Shown piece after piece: positions 10,695 through 20,754 of a stretch of 64,000 nt of DNA; within the stretch, counting starts at the first letter, position 1; each line of letters opens with the position of its first letter. The notes below the pieces were generated by a model. The model worked only from the letters and a program-made list of their open reading frames with translations. It did no database searches and was not told the origin of the DNA. This DNA is from an uncultured Methanoregulaceae archaeon. GTDB lineage: Archaea; Halobacteriota; Methanomicrobia; Methanomicrobiales; Methanospirillaceae. A program made the position numbers and the translations under genes. Where the stretch lies: NCBI GenBank assembly GCA_963701095.1, contig OY969564.1, positions 768,001 through 832,000 of the forward strand, given 5' to 3'.

Positions 10695-13600
10695 TCATGC
10701 ATGATGCTCGATATTTTTCAGCCGGAAGATAAACTCAGTTCCTTTATCCCGCTGAATTGAAATGTCGGCCATAAGCTGGTGGCGGGAAAGGAAGTTCACC
10801 AGTTTGAGACCAAGCGATTTTGACGAAAGAGGATCGAATCCTTCCCGGAATCCGCAGCCATTATCGGACACCCTCAGCACATCCTTTCCCTCTTCCCTGG
10901 CAAGCGAGACCCGAATCATACACGGTACTCCGCGTACCGCCATGCAGTCAAACTCAGGCGGGAATGCGTACTTGAACGAATTGGTCACCAGCTCATTAAT
11001 GATCAGGCCGGCTGTTGTTGCCCGGTCGATACTCAGTGTCACATCACGAACGTCAACAACGACATGGACGTCTTCACGACTCCCATAAGATTGAGCAATC
11101 TGGTCGACGAGGTTTTTCAGGTAGATCCCCATATCCACATTTGAAAATTTCCCGGTACGGTACAGGGTTTCGTGGATCAGGGCCATACTCCGGGCCCGGT
11201 TCTGAAGATCCTTACGAAGTGCCCTGCCGCTTTCTGAGTCCTCGTAAGAGCCTTCGAGACTAAGCAAAGAGATGAAAGCGGTCAGGTTGTTTTTTACCCG
11301 GTGGTGAATCTCGGAGAGAAGAACTTCTTTTTCGGTGAGGGCTTCCTTGAGATCAGCCTCGCTTTTGACTAGCTCCTGCTCACGGAGGCGGAGTTCTTCA
11401 ACGCTTTGCTGAAGTTCTTCGTGGGTCGACGAGATTTCTTCATAGGCTACCCTAAGATCATCATTTTTCTGTTTCAGCTCCTCTTCCGACTTCTTTCGTT
11501 CGGTAATGTCATTGAAACAAATCCCAACCTTTCGGCTTTCCTGTCCGCCAATCTTGAAGGCACGGACTTCGTACCACCGGTTCAATGCTCGGGCTTCATT
11601 CTCGAAATGTTCCGGTTCGCCAGTTACCGCAATTTTTCCATAAATTTCAAACCAGTGTTCTTCGTGGTCCGGAGCAAGACTGCGCATCAGTTTGCCTTGT
11701 GCATTATGCAGACCAGTCTGCCTTTCAAACGCCTCATTGATTTCAAGGAATCGATAATCAACAGGTTTTCCGGCCGAATCGATAACCACTTCGATAACGC
11801 AGAAACCTTCAATCAGCGTGTTGAACCGGGTCCGGTACTTCTCCTCATTCTCGCGGAGCGCTTCTTCGGCATTCTTCCGTTGGGTGATATCCCGGATAGA
11901 GCCATTCCGGTAAAGCGGTCGACCGGAAACATCCCTGTTCAGGGACATATGATTAGAAAACCAGCGATAAGTACCATTCTTCATCAGCCATCGGTATTCC
12001 ACTTCTGCTTCACCGGTACTTTCCAGGCTGTCCAGTGCTGATTGCATGGCAGAAATATCATCGGGATGGATTATTGACCTCGCAATCCCGGCGTCCATTG
12101 CCAGGAACTCATCGGCTGAAAAACCTGTAAGAGTCTCGGCAGACGGGCTGATATATTCGTACCTGCCGGTTTGCAGATTCTCGCGATAAATGAGATCCTT
12201 GGAACTGTCCAGGACTGATCGGAACCTTTCTTCACTATACTTTAATGCCTCCTCTGACCTCTTGCGTCTGGTGATATCCAGAACAAACGCAACACCGTTG
12301 AACCGGGCCGCATCCAGCATGGCGCCCGCAATAATAATGGGAACCCGTGAACCATCCTTGCGGATATATTCCTTTTCGAATGGTATTTTATTGACACCGA
12401 CGGATTTTAATTCCAGCATGGAATTCTCATCAAGGTGCTGGTATTCCGGGGGAGTCATATGGATCCAATCCACCCGTCCAGCCACAAGATCCTCACGCGA
12501 GTAGCCAACAAGGTCAAGGAATTTATCGTTGGCATCCGTGATTATCCCGTTCATGTTCCAGTAGATAACACCAATCAAGCCGGAATCGTAGAAACGACGG
12601 AGCTTAGCTTCGTTAATACTCAGTATTTTCTCGGCCTGCGTGAGTTCTTCGATGTTCTGGCGCAACTCTTCCTGTGCTGCGGAAAGCTCTTCATTAAGTG
12701 CATTGAGGTTTTCGTTTTTCTGCCTCAAGTGAAGGTCACTTGCTAGAAGTACATCATTGGTCTGACGCAGTTCTTCCTGGGTTGCAGTAAGTTCTTCGTT
12801 AAGTGCATTGAGGTTTTCGTTTTTTTGCATCAGGTGACGTTCACTGGCGAGAAGTTCATCATTAGTCTGGCGTAGTTCTTCCTGGGTTGCAGTAAGTTCT
12901 TCATTGAGCGCATTGAGGTTTTCGTTTTTCTGAACGAGTTCCTGCTCGGCGTGATCAAGCCTCCATCCTATTCGCTCAGAGATTCTCGCTACAACATACG
13001 CGATCAGCAGCGTAAAAACCACAAGCGAAATCGAGAGAAGAACCGCATCATGGACGTTTAACGCCGAAGCAAGCCAGACGAGCACGACATTTTCAATAAG
13101 AATAATGATGATAACGAGCGGGACGAATACCCGGAGAAGGCGGGCTCTGGTGGTATTACCGATCATGTACTTGACCGGGGCTGCATCAGGGCCAGCAGCA
13201 GTGAAAAGGGCAGCCCCGGTAAAAAACGCGGCAAGCGCTGACAGAAATGCAATCGGAATGAGTTGTGTTCCGTACAACAATGGATTACCGAAGATATAAC
13301 TCTGGATAAAGGTGAAGCTGACAACGCATTCCACAAGACCGATGATGCTGATTATATCGTGAACCTGCACGGATTTTGTTTGCGTGCCAGAAACCCATAT
13401 GAGATATATCAGTGCAATTGCCGTGAGAACTATGAGACCGGAAGCTACAGGGGAGATCGGTGTTGATGACGGTCCCATTATTATCGTCCCTAACCCGACA
13501 AGGAGAGTTTCGACGAAAAAATGACTCCCCTGGATATTGAGGACAAACTCGATGGATTCGACGACTGCGATGAGAAACAGCACGGTTTGAATAATCAACC

Positions 13601-13877
13601 TGGTGATCCGGTGAAACGGTTTTGATGCCTGGTACGCGAGAACAGATCCGAAGAAGATCCAGATAAGGGCCGCACTCAGTGCTATAGTCCGGTAAGTTTG
13701 TGTTGGATTACTGACCACAGCGATACCGAAGTGTGCAGTAACAATCCCAAGTACACCAATGAATGCAGCGAGAAAACCAAAAGCGATGGTGAGACGCCTG
13801 AGCAGGAGTTTTTCCGGCTGTACTGAAGCGGTATTAACAGACGTCTTTTTGTGAAGTGACTCAGGTTCAGTAGTCAC
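10695..13877 (-). CDS. Membrane PAS/HisKA_2 sensor histidine kinase
   Basis: N-terminal TM helices, coiled-coil repeats, three PAS domains, EIHHRVKNNL, NELVTNSFKYAF, DNGCG. Confidence 0.93.
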   Translation of the reverse strand: MTTEPESLHKKTSVNTASVQPEKLLLRRLTIAFGFLAAFIGVLGIVTAHFGIAVVSNPTQTYRTIALSAALIWIFFGSVLAYQASKPFHRITRLIIQTVLFLIAVVESIEFVLNIQGSHFFVETLLVGLGTIIMGPSSTPISPVASGLIVLTAIALIYLIWVSGTQTKSVQVHDIISIIGLVECVVSFTFIQSYIFGNPLLYGTQLIPIAFLSALAAFFTGAALFTAAGPDAAPVKYMIGNTTRARLLRVFVPLVIIIILIENVVLVWLASALNVHDAVLLSISLVVFTLLIAYVVARISERIGWRLDHAEQELVQKNENLNALNEELTATQEELRQTNDELLASERHLMQKNENLNALNEELTATQEELRQTNDVLLASDLHLRQKNENLNALNEELSAAQEELRQNIEELTQAEKILSINEAKLRRFYDSGLIGVIYWNMNGIITDANDKFLDLVGYSREDLVAGRVDWIHMTPPEYQHLDENSMLELKSVGVNKIPFEKEYIRKDGSRVPIIIAGAMLDAARFNGVAFVLDITRRKRSEEALKYSEERFRSVLDSSKDLIYRENLQTGRYEYISPSAETLTGFSADEFLAMDAGIARSIIHPDDISAMQSALDSLESTGEAEVEYRWLMKNGTYRWFSNHMSLNRDVSGRPLYRNGSIRDITQRKNAEEALRENEEKYRTRFNTLIEGFCVIEVVIDSAGKPVDYRFLEINEAFERQTGLHNAQGKLMRSLAPDHEEHWFEIYGKIAVTGEPEHFENEARALNRWYEVRAFKIGGQESRKVGICFNDITERKKSEEELKQKNDDLRVAYEEISSTHEELQQSVEELRLREQELVKSEADLKEALTEKEVLLSEIHHRVKNNLTAFISLLSLEGSYEDSESGRALRKDLQNRARSMALIHETLYRTGKFSNVDMGIYLKNLVDQIAQSYGSREDVHVVVDVRDVTLSIDRATTAGLIINELVTNSFKYAFPPEFDCMAVRGVPCMIRVSLAREEGKDVLRVSDNGCGFREGFDPLSSKSLGLKLVNFLSRHQLMADISIQRDKGTEFIFRLKNIEHHA
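12650..12935 (-). repeat. Intragenic tandem repeat, about 3 x 105 bp (35-aa coiled-coil unit)
   Basis: QKNENLNALNEEL(T/S)A(T/A)QEELRQ occurs three times in tandem. Confidence 0.85.
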
Positions 13878-14034
13878 GGAATTTTTCCTGCCGCGATATT
13901 TCTTGTAGAGAATTATCTCCTAAATATTGATTCACAATATACACTAAATAATTGTCGAATTGAACAAGCGACGTAAGGGCATTAAATCAGGTCGATAATT
14001 CACAGAAGATGGATTATCCTCTTGTAGAGAATCA

Positions 14035-14123
14035 CCTTCACCCCCCTCAAGGCCGGATCCTTATCCTTTTCATTGCACCAGGGATCCGGTACTATACAAA
14101 TCAAGATCAGAAAGGGACTGGCA
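14035..14123 (+). repeat. Hairpin-containing intergenic repeat, copy 1 of 3
   Basis: cttcacccccctcaaggccggatccttatccttttcattgcaccagggatccggtactatacaaatcaagatcagaaagggactggca. Confidence 0.9.
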
Positions 14124-14361
14124 CTCTACCCGGGAACATTCAATGCGGAAATCGCTCTGAAGTCGTCCATATCGGGAAAAAGGTCAATAATATCGAAGAT
14201 GAGCCGTTAGAGGGTGGGAACGTTCAGGAATTCAGGAACACTGAAAAAGAGCGGTTGAATATTATTGAGATGCGGCAATGTGATGCACACCGGCTGGGGA
14301 CTAATCGGGGGACGAGGTGGAGGTTAAAGAATCCAAAAAAAATGAATTATCGCCTCCTTTT

Positions 14362-15536
14362 TTAGGGTGGTGAAAGTTTAAAATTACCCATTGAAGAATA
14401 CATTGTGTCTTTTGTACTGGGAATTCCAGATAATTTTAAAATAATTGTAGTGTCTCCCCTTTCGGCTAATGCCGAATCAATCATCAAATTCATAGAGATA
14501 GATCCATCAGAAGTCCCTGATACCGACGTCTTTTCATCACCATGATCGGTGTGAGTTGTTGTGTCTTCTTGCCATGAAATTTTTAGTCCGTTCATACTTG
14601 TAGAAGAATGAGCGGTGATGTCCTCTCTTCCATTTACAAATGTACCAGTGAATAAAACCACTTGTCCCGGGAGCGTCACGGGGTTGGAGTTCTGTATCAT
14701 TTGGCCCCCCTTGTTAAAAAATTGCATAAATTCTTCCAAATCCATAGTAAAGTCACCTGTATCGCGAAAATTGTCGGTAAATCTGAACTTATAATCAGGA
14801 TTTGTGTTTTCTATATCACTTGTGTCTATTTCATACCCCCTTACCATAATAATATGCGCAGCAGTAGTACCGGATTTACACCAAAAAGAAGATATGGCCC
14901 ATTTAAAAGAAAAATATTAAACCCACCAGGATCAGTTGCATTAAAAAACGGTAAAAATTTCAAACCATAGCAGTCATATGCTGGAACAAGAATTTGGTTA
15001 TTTAAGGTAGTTTTGGCTGTAAATGCACCCATCATTGTTGTAGAAGAAACTACCCCCGCTTGGTTTATTACTTCAGGTACTGTGTAACACTTCTGATCTC
15101 GCCAGGATACCATTGTAGCTAGTGCATCGGCCCAACATAACTCGGCTTGATCATTATAAAAGCAGATATCTTTCTTGTATGTAAGCCCCAATCTAAGAAA
15201 AAAAGTACCCTCACCATTTATCTCTTTTTCAGTGTGAACATCTTGATCAAAACCAGCGGAATCTTCAACGATCTTCATATTAAAAACACAATGAAAAGCT
15301 TCCCCAAACATAAGATTTCCATTACTACTCCATGGACTTCCCGTCCCGACCGTATATATATTTAGCATGGCCTGGGACAATTGAGAAGCCCCGACCGGAG
15401 ATAATACGCTGACCATCGGAAGGCTGCCAATGCAATTCGCAATTAAAGAGAACGTAATAGATACTTTAGTTCCACTTCCTACCGTATCAGCAAAAGAAGT
15501 TAGATTTTCAGGAAAGGTTATACTATCAACAACCAT
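14362..15536 (-). CDS. Probable papain-fold cysteine peptidase (C39/AvrRpt2-like), frameshifted near 14885
   Basis: Q..LCWA..ATMVSWR in ORF 14841-15536; in the other frame HIIMVRGY leads into ORF 14362-14847; the break lies in a T run. Confidence 0.55.
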
Positions 15537-15667
15537 GGATTTTACTTAATTTGAACCGTTTATATATTTTTTTATTATAGGTTCTGATAAGTTGGCGGTT
15601 GTTTTGTATTTTTTGCCGAGGTATAATATCAGTGATCACACGCGAACTTTTCAGGACCGAACCAATT

Positions 15668-15916
15668 CTATCCTTTTTGAAATATTCGCAAAAATCCAAA
15701 ATGATTATAACAAATAATTGAAACTCCAATTATACATGTAACAAATCCGACACCGGATATTATTTGTAAACCTGTATGAATTTTTGTAAGATCTCCAAAA
15801 TTGCCTATTGAAGATACATAAAAAACAGCACCTACAAGAAACCCTATGACTGCACACAGCAGACCAGATTTATCATCCACCATACAATACTGCATTTGCA
15901 TAAACAAATATAACAT
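15668..15916 (-). CDS. Small two-TM membrane protein
   Basis: Two hydrophobic segments in 82 aa. Confidence 0.45.
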   Translation of the reverse strand: MLYLFMQMQYCMVDDKSGLLCAVIGFLVGAVFYVSSIGNFGDLTKIHTGLQIISGVGFVTCIIGVSIICYNHFGFLRIFQKG

Positions 15917-15973
15917 TCTATCCCCCTACCTGCCGAGGACCATTAACCTTACACCAGCTACCGGAGAACCTTG

Positions 15974-16063
15974 ACTTTCACATCCCTCAAGGCCGGATCC
16001 TTATCCTTTTCATTGCACCAGGGATCCGGTACTATGCAGATCGAGATCCGAAAGGGACTGGCA
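15974..16063 (+). repeat. Hairpin-containing intergenic repeat, copy 2 of 3
   Basis: actttcacatccctcaaggccggatccttatccttttcattgcaccagggatccggtactatgcagatcgagatccgaaagggactggca. Confidence 0.9.
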
Positions 16064-16137
16064 ATTTTACCCAGGAGTATCCTTACCTCCATCCCCTAAA
16101 ACATTATGGCCGGATATGTAAAGTCGAAAGGTATTTA

Positions 16138-18228
16138 GTGAATAGCCCAAGAGATTTTCTCATAGTGGCTTTGGAACCGAAGACACGGAAAAAGAAGGAT
16201 ACAACTATCCGGGAAATCGGACCTTTATTAAGGGACGATGCAGAGAAGCGTCTTAAAGGTTCCCGGAATAGTTCATCCGATCTTAAAGAGCAAGACAAAG
16301 AAAAAATCATCCATGAACTCCAGGTACACCAGATAGAGCTTGAGATGCAGAACGAGGCCCTCCGGGAAGCTCACCTCGCTCTGGAAGAGTCGTGGGATAA
16401 ATATATCGACCTTTACGAGTTTGCTCCACTTGGTTACATCACGCTCACTGACAAGGCGATTATCAGCGAAGCAAACCTTACGTGTGCTACACTTCTGGGT
16501 GTTGAACGGGAAAATCTGCGAAAAGCACGGTTCAGCAAATTTGTCGATGAGAAAGATGCTATTGAGTGGCACCAGTTTTTTAAAAAAGTGCTGAACCAGA
16601 CAGAAAAACTAAAGCATACACTCATGCTCCGTCGGCCCGACGGGTCTTTATTCTCGGCCCTGCTGGAAGGAATGCCAATCAGGGGAATTAATGGAGAACC
16701 TACCGTCAGGTTGGCAATAAGTGACATTACGGACATCAGGCACATGGTTGAGGTCCGATCCCATCTCGCAAACATCGTTGATTTTTCTAATGATGCCATA
16801 ATCGGCGAAACTCTGGATGGAATCATTACTTCGTGGAATGCAGCCGCTGAGAATATTTATGGCTACACTGCTGCAGAAGTAGTTGGTAAACCGGTTTCTA
16901 TGCTTTTAGCGCCAGGGGATCGAGATGAACTCCCAAGGATCCTTGCGATGATTCGGGTTGGAGAACACATCGACCACATGGAGACAAAGCGCAGGACAAA
17001 AGATGGCCGGATCATAGATATATCCCTGACAATCTCCCCCATTAAAAATGATGAAGGCCAGATACTGGGAGCATCGGCCATTGTCCGCGACATCACCAAA
17101 CGCAAACTGCGAGATAAGACTGCAACCTTCTTAACACAAAGCGGGTACCCAGGTTATGGGGGAGATTTCTTCAATTCGCTGGCGCGATTCCTTGCAGAAA
17201 ATCTGGACATGGATTATGTCTGTATTGATACATTCGAAGGGGATAGCTTAACCGCTCGGACGGTATCCGTATTCAATGAAGGGAATATTGACCTCAATGT
17301 ACAATATGCATTGAAGGATACTCCCTGCGGAGCAGTTGTAGGAAAAACAATCTGTTGTTTTCCCAGAGATGTCTGCCAGTTGTTCCCCAACGATGTTGCA
17401 CTTCAGGAGCTTAAGGCGGAAAGTTATATTGGCACCACCCTCTGGGGTTCTGAGGGAAAACCGATAGGTCTTATAGCGTTAATCAGTCGCAGGCCCCTGT
17501 TGAACCCCGAACCGGCACAAGCGGTGATTGAACTGGTGGCAACGCGTGCAGCCGGGGAGATGGAACTACGCCAAAAAGAAGAAGAACTCAGGAAATCCCT
17601 TGAGGAGAAAGTAGCGCTGCTCTCCGAAATTCACCATCGGGTCAAGAACAACCTTGCGTCGTTCATCGCACTGTTGTCCCTTGAAGGGAGCTATGAAGAT
17701 TCGGCTGAGGGAAAGCGCCTGAAAAGAGATCTCCAGAACAGGGCGCGGAGCATGGCTCTTATTCACGAGACGATCTACAAAACCAGGCAATTCTCGAGCG
17801 TTGAAATGGGGGTATATCTCCCAACACTGATTGAGCAGGTTGCTGCAACATACCGCTCAGATAACTTCATCCGCACTGTTGTTAACGCAGAGGGTGTCAG
17901 CCTCGATCTCGACCGCAGCACTCCCTGCGGGCTTATCGTCAACGAACTTATCACTAACGCTTTCAAATATGCGTTTCCCCCTTCATTCGATTGCAGGTCA
18001 GTTCGTCAGGAAACCTGTACGATCTGGGTATCCTTTACGTTGGAAGATGGGCATTATCTTCTCTCTGTCCGCGACAACGGGGTCGGGCTACCGGAGACAT
18101 TTGACCTGGCAACTGCGAAGTCACTGGGGCTTAAGCTCGTAAACTTCCTAGCCCACCACCAGCTCAAAGCGGATGTCGAAATATCCCGTAAGGATGGCAT
18201 AGAGTTTTTGATCCGTTTCAGAGAATAA
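16138..18228 (+). CDS. Cytoplasmic PAS/GAF/HisKA_2 histidine kinase
   Basis: ELQVHQIELEMQNEAL, two PAS, GAF (TPCGAV), EIHHRVKNNL, DNGVG; exact start uncertain. Confidence 0.92.
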   Translation: MNSPRDFLIVALEPKTRKKKDTTIREIGPLLRDDAEKRLKGSRNSSSDLKEQDKEKIIHELQVHQIELEMQNEALREAHLALEESWDKYIDLYEFAPLGYITLTDKAIISEANLTCATLLGVERENLRKARFSKFVDEKDAIEWHQFFKKVLNQTEKLKHTLMLRRPDGSLFSALLEGMPIRGINGEPTVRLAISDITDIRHMVEVRSHLANIVDFSNDAIIGETLDGIITSWNAAAENIYGYTAAEVVGKPVSMLLAPGDRDELPRILAMIRVGEHIDHMETKRRTKDGRIIDISLTISPIKNDEGQILGASAIVRDITKRKLRDKTATFLTQSGYPGYGGDFFNSLARFLAENLDMDYVCIDTFEGDSLTARTVSVFNEGNIDLNVQYALKDTPCGAVVGKTICCFPRDVCQLFPNDVALQELKAESYIGTTLWGSEGKPIGLIALISRRPLLNPEPAQAVIELVATRAAGEMELRQKEEELRKSLEEKVALLSEIHHRVKNNLASFIALLSLEGSYEDSAEGKRLKRDLQNRARSMALIHETIYKTRQFSSVEMGVYLPTLIEQVAATYRSDNFIRTVVNAEGVSLDLDRSTPCGLIVNELITNAFKYAFPPSFDCRSVRQETCTIWVSFTLEDGHYLLSVRDNGVGLPETFDLATAKSLGLKLVNFLAHHQLKADVEISRKDGIEFLIRFRE

Positions 18229-18230
18229 TT

Positions 18231-18311
18231 ACTTTCACCCCCCGTGTGGCCGGATCCTTATCCTCCTCAGTGCAGCTGGGATCCGGTGCTATGCTAATCA
18301 AGATCAGAAAG
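18231..18311 (+). repeat. Hairpin-containing intergenic repeat, copy 3 of 3 (more diverged)
   Basis: actttcacccccgtgtggccggatccttatcctcctcagtgcagctgggatccggtgctatgctaatcaagatcagaaag. Confidence 0.85.
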
Positions 18312-18328
18312 CAAAAAGCGGAGGTGTC

Positions 18329-18592
18329 GTGATAGGCAGAACGTTTCCCAGTATCCGGCAGGGTGTCAACAGTACAGCAGACCGGTGGACCCGGTCAGCC
18401 CGCTGGCTCAAAAGGGAAGATCAGAAATACGGCGAACAGCTTGCAAAAATGGCAAAGATGTATTCGAGTGAAACGTTTGATGCATGCAATGATCCTCTCG
18501 AAGCTGTGGTTTTCTCCGTGCTCGTGGAGATCATCAAGCGCCAAGACAAACTGGAAGAGAAAATGAAAAATGAGAAAATTAGACACTCTTAA
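18329..18592 (+). CDS. Small helical protein resembling the PolB2-operon accessory protein (arCOG07300-like)
   Basis: GRTFPS.R..W..LKREDQ..PLEAVVFSVLVE pattern; GGAGGT RBS. Confidence 0.55.
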   Translation: MIGRTFPSIRQGVNSTADRWTRSARWLKREDQKYGEQLAKMAKMYSSETFDACNDPLEAVVFSVLVEIIKRQDKLEEKMKNEKIRHS

Positions 18593-18605
18593 AAGGGAAT
18601 TTGAG

Positions 18606-18654
18606 AGCCTAAGGCGAGATTTGAACTCGCGACTTCCTCCTTACCAAAGAGGCA
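18606..18654 (-). tRNA. 3' half of tRNA-Thr(GGT), a partial copy marking the provirus att site
   Basis: Minus strand reads CCTCT-TTGGTAA-GGAGG-AAGTC-GCGAG-TTCAAAT-CTCGC-CTTAGGC-T; no D arm or 5' acceptor strand. Confidence 0.88.
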
Positions 18655-18707
18655 TTTAGTTAGAGTTCATCCTAACATTTTTTATAGCCAAAAGTAGACT
18701 TTCTTTC

Positions 18708-19850
18708 ATGAAAGTGACCAAATCTTCCGGCAAACATCTCATTTATTTAGACTCACAGGAAATTTCTCACGCCGAAAGAGACATTATCAAAGGATTCATC
18801 GAACAACGGAATGCAATCAAGCCTACGAGCTTCAGGACCAAAGGAAAACAGGCTTATGAAAGTGTATGGATCTGCAAGATTCTTCGGGAGAACAAATCGT
18901 CGCTTGACGCCTGTACAGTTCATGATCTTCTGAAAGTAGCCGGGAATGCTGGATCGGGAGCGTTCACCAAAAACAGCCGGCAGACCAAGATCATGACGCT
19001 AAAAACCCTATCCCAATACATCCACCGGTTCCATCATCCCATAAACAATCTCGATCTACTTACCCATGATGTTAAAGCCGGTGCTGCAGAGTGCTATACC
19101 AAAAAAACACTTTCCATGAATGAGTGGAAACGGTTAATCAACACCCCCATGCCAGCCCGGGACAGAGCAATCATCGCTATGCTCTATGATGGCTATCACA
19201 GGCCAAAAGAGATCCTCTTGTTGAATTGGTCTGACCTTCACATCAATTCAGACGGGGTCGTTGAATATGAGATACGGTTTAAAACCGAGATCCCTCGCAC
19301 AATCGTACAAAAACCATGGACTACCCAAATCCTGAAAACATGGGCCCGCGAAACCGGCGCGAAAATCGGGGAGACAAATAGCCCCATATTCCCTGCTCCA
19401 GACGGCGGTCATTACGTGACAATTAATGTATTAGCTGATGTTTTTGATGATCTTAAGAAAAAGACCGGTTTTACTCATCTAATGCCATCTGTATTGAGGA
19501 ATTCGGCCATGAAGCACGATGCTGATAACGGCATGCCCGTATCCTATATCTGCTTGAGGGCTTGGGGTGTTACCTACAATAAAATGATCAACATCTACAT
19601 GAAGCCGGATAGTGCAAAAATACAGGGAGACCAACACCGGGAACGAGGAATAGAGGATACTGCTCCGATACTGGATGAAGATAGTGCAAAGCTCACCAAG
19701 GAGATCGAGATCCTGAAACAGGAAAGATCCGATGTTTTAGGGGTTGTGTCAGAACTGCAACAGGAAATGAGCCTCATTAAAAAAGTGTTGGAAGAAGTGA
19801 CTGCAAAACAAAAATCAGGGTCCCAAGGAAATCCGATTCAGACTTCTTGA
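18708..19850 (+). CDS. int: Tyrosine recombinase/integrase
   Basis: RDRAIIAMLYDGYHRPKEILLL (R), SVLRNS, RAWG, INIY (Y); adjacent to the tRNA fragment. Confidence 0.88.
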   Translation: MKVTKSSGKHLIYLDSQEISHAERDIIKGFIEQRNAIKPTSFRTKGKQAYESVWICKILRENKSSLDACTVHDLLKVAGNAGSGAFTKNSRQTKIMTLKTLSQYIHRFHHPINNLDLLTHDVKAGAAECYTKKTLSMNEWKRLINTPMPARDRAIIAMLYDGYHRPKEILLLNWSDLHINSDGVVEYEIRFKTEIPRTIVQKPWTTQILKTWARETGAKIGETNSPIFPAPDGGHYVTINVLADVFDDLKKKTGFTHLMPSVLRNSAMKHDADNGMPVSYICLRAWGVTYNKMINIYMKPDSAKIQGDQHRERGIEDTAPILDEDSAKLTKEIEILKQERSDVLGVVSELQQEMSLIKKVLEEVTAKQKSGSQGNPIQTS

Positions 19851-20022
19851 TGGAATAAAATCATTTACTCAAAAAAATTGATGAAATATCGACGGATAGT
19901 TTCAAAAAATGAAACTTTTGTTAATACTTATAATGATAGCAAACCGATACTCCCATTCCATCTATAGTAAAAAACGTCTATAAATGGAAAAATCGCAAAA
20001 GTGCTTGTGAAAGAGGAGAAAA

Positions 20023-20358
20023 TTACTTTGAAACCGCGACCTCTTTCGTGCATTTCAGAACATTTTGGTATTTCTTGTCATTGGAGATGATCGTATCCAG
20101 CAACTCTTTCATCCTGTCCTTTTCCTTTGCAATCTGACTCAAAGGCTTAAGGCATACGGAACAATAATTCGCCTTTTGATCATTCAATGTGGAACATTTC
20201 GGACAAGTGATAGCCGAGGTATAGAATTCACACGCGTTCACGATCTGCGTGGTCCTGTCTGTCTTCATTTCCCATCGCTTATTTTCGATTTTATCGGCTA
20301 ATATGGCATCCATCTTTACCGTCACAGACTTCTCATTTTCATGTTTCTTAACTCGCAT
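20023..20358 (-). CDS. RHH-like + zinc-ribbon regulator (putative repressor)
   Basis: SVTVKMD N-terminal strand; CPKC..CSVC. Confidence 0.6.
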   Translation of the reverse strand: MRVKKHENEKSVTVKMDAILADKIENKRWEMKTDRTTQIVNACEFYTSAITCPKCSTLNDQKANYCSVCLKPLSQIAKEKDRMKELLDTIISNDKKYQNVLKCTKEVAVSK

Positions 20359-20443
20359 TGGTATTACCGTATTACAGTAAGACTACAATAGTATATTATA
20401 CTTACTGATTCAACCTGCAATTGTAACGCTAAAGGATGATTAC

Positions 20444-20593
20444 ATGGAACAAGAGCTTGTTTCACTGACGGTAAAGGTCCCAAAAGGGATGCTGACCAAG
20501 ATTGACAGGACCTGGAGAATACAGAGTGAATTTCACGACAGATCCGATTATGTGCGGCACGTACTCCGTAATGCAATCGAGGGTGCTCCATGA
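20444..20593 (+). CDS. Ribbon-helix-helix (CopG-like) regulator, not in the ORF track
   Basis: MEQELVSLTVKVPKGMLTKID..RSDYVRHVLRNAIEGAP. Confidence 0.75.
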   Translation: MEQELVSLTVKVPKGMLTKIDRTWRIQSEFHDRSDYVRHVLRNAIEGAP

Positions 20594-20754
20594 CGAACGA
20601 GGAACCTATGATGGTAACGCAACGGCAGATTGACCGGATCAAATCATACGGTATCCCGGGCGCCGATGATGCACTGAAGGCCCTCATGAAACGTGGGGAA
20701 ATAGTACTTATCAAAGAAAACGGTGGCCAACGTGAACGCACGTTTACCGCTTAA
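20590..20754 (+). CDS. Small viral hypothetical protein
   Basis: 54 aa, ATGA overlap with the RHH gene. Confidence 0.5.
   Translation: MTNEEPMMVTQRQIDRIKSYGIPGADDALKALMKRGEIVLIKENGGQRERTFTA

Noticed and set aside
14035..18311. CRISPR array
   Set aside because: Repeats are about 85 bp long and about 2 kb apart with genes between them; no cas operon
18606..18654. Functional full-length or split tRNA gene
   Set aside because: No D arm or 5' acceptor strand, and adjacency to an integrase indicates an att duplication
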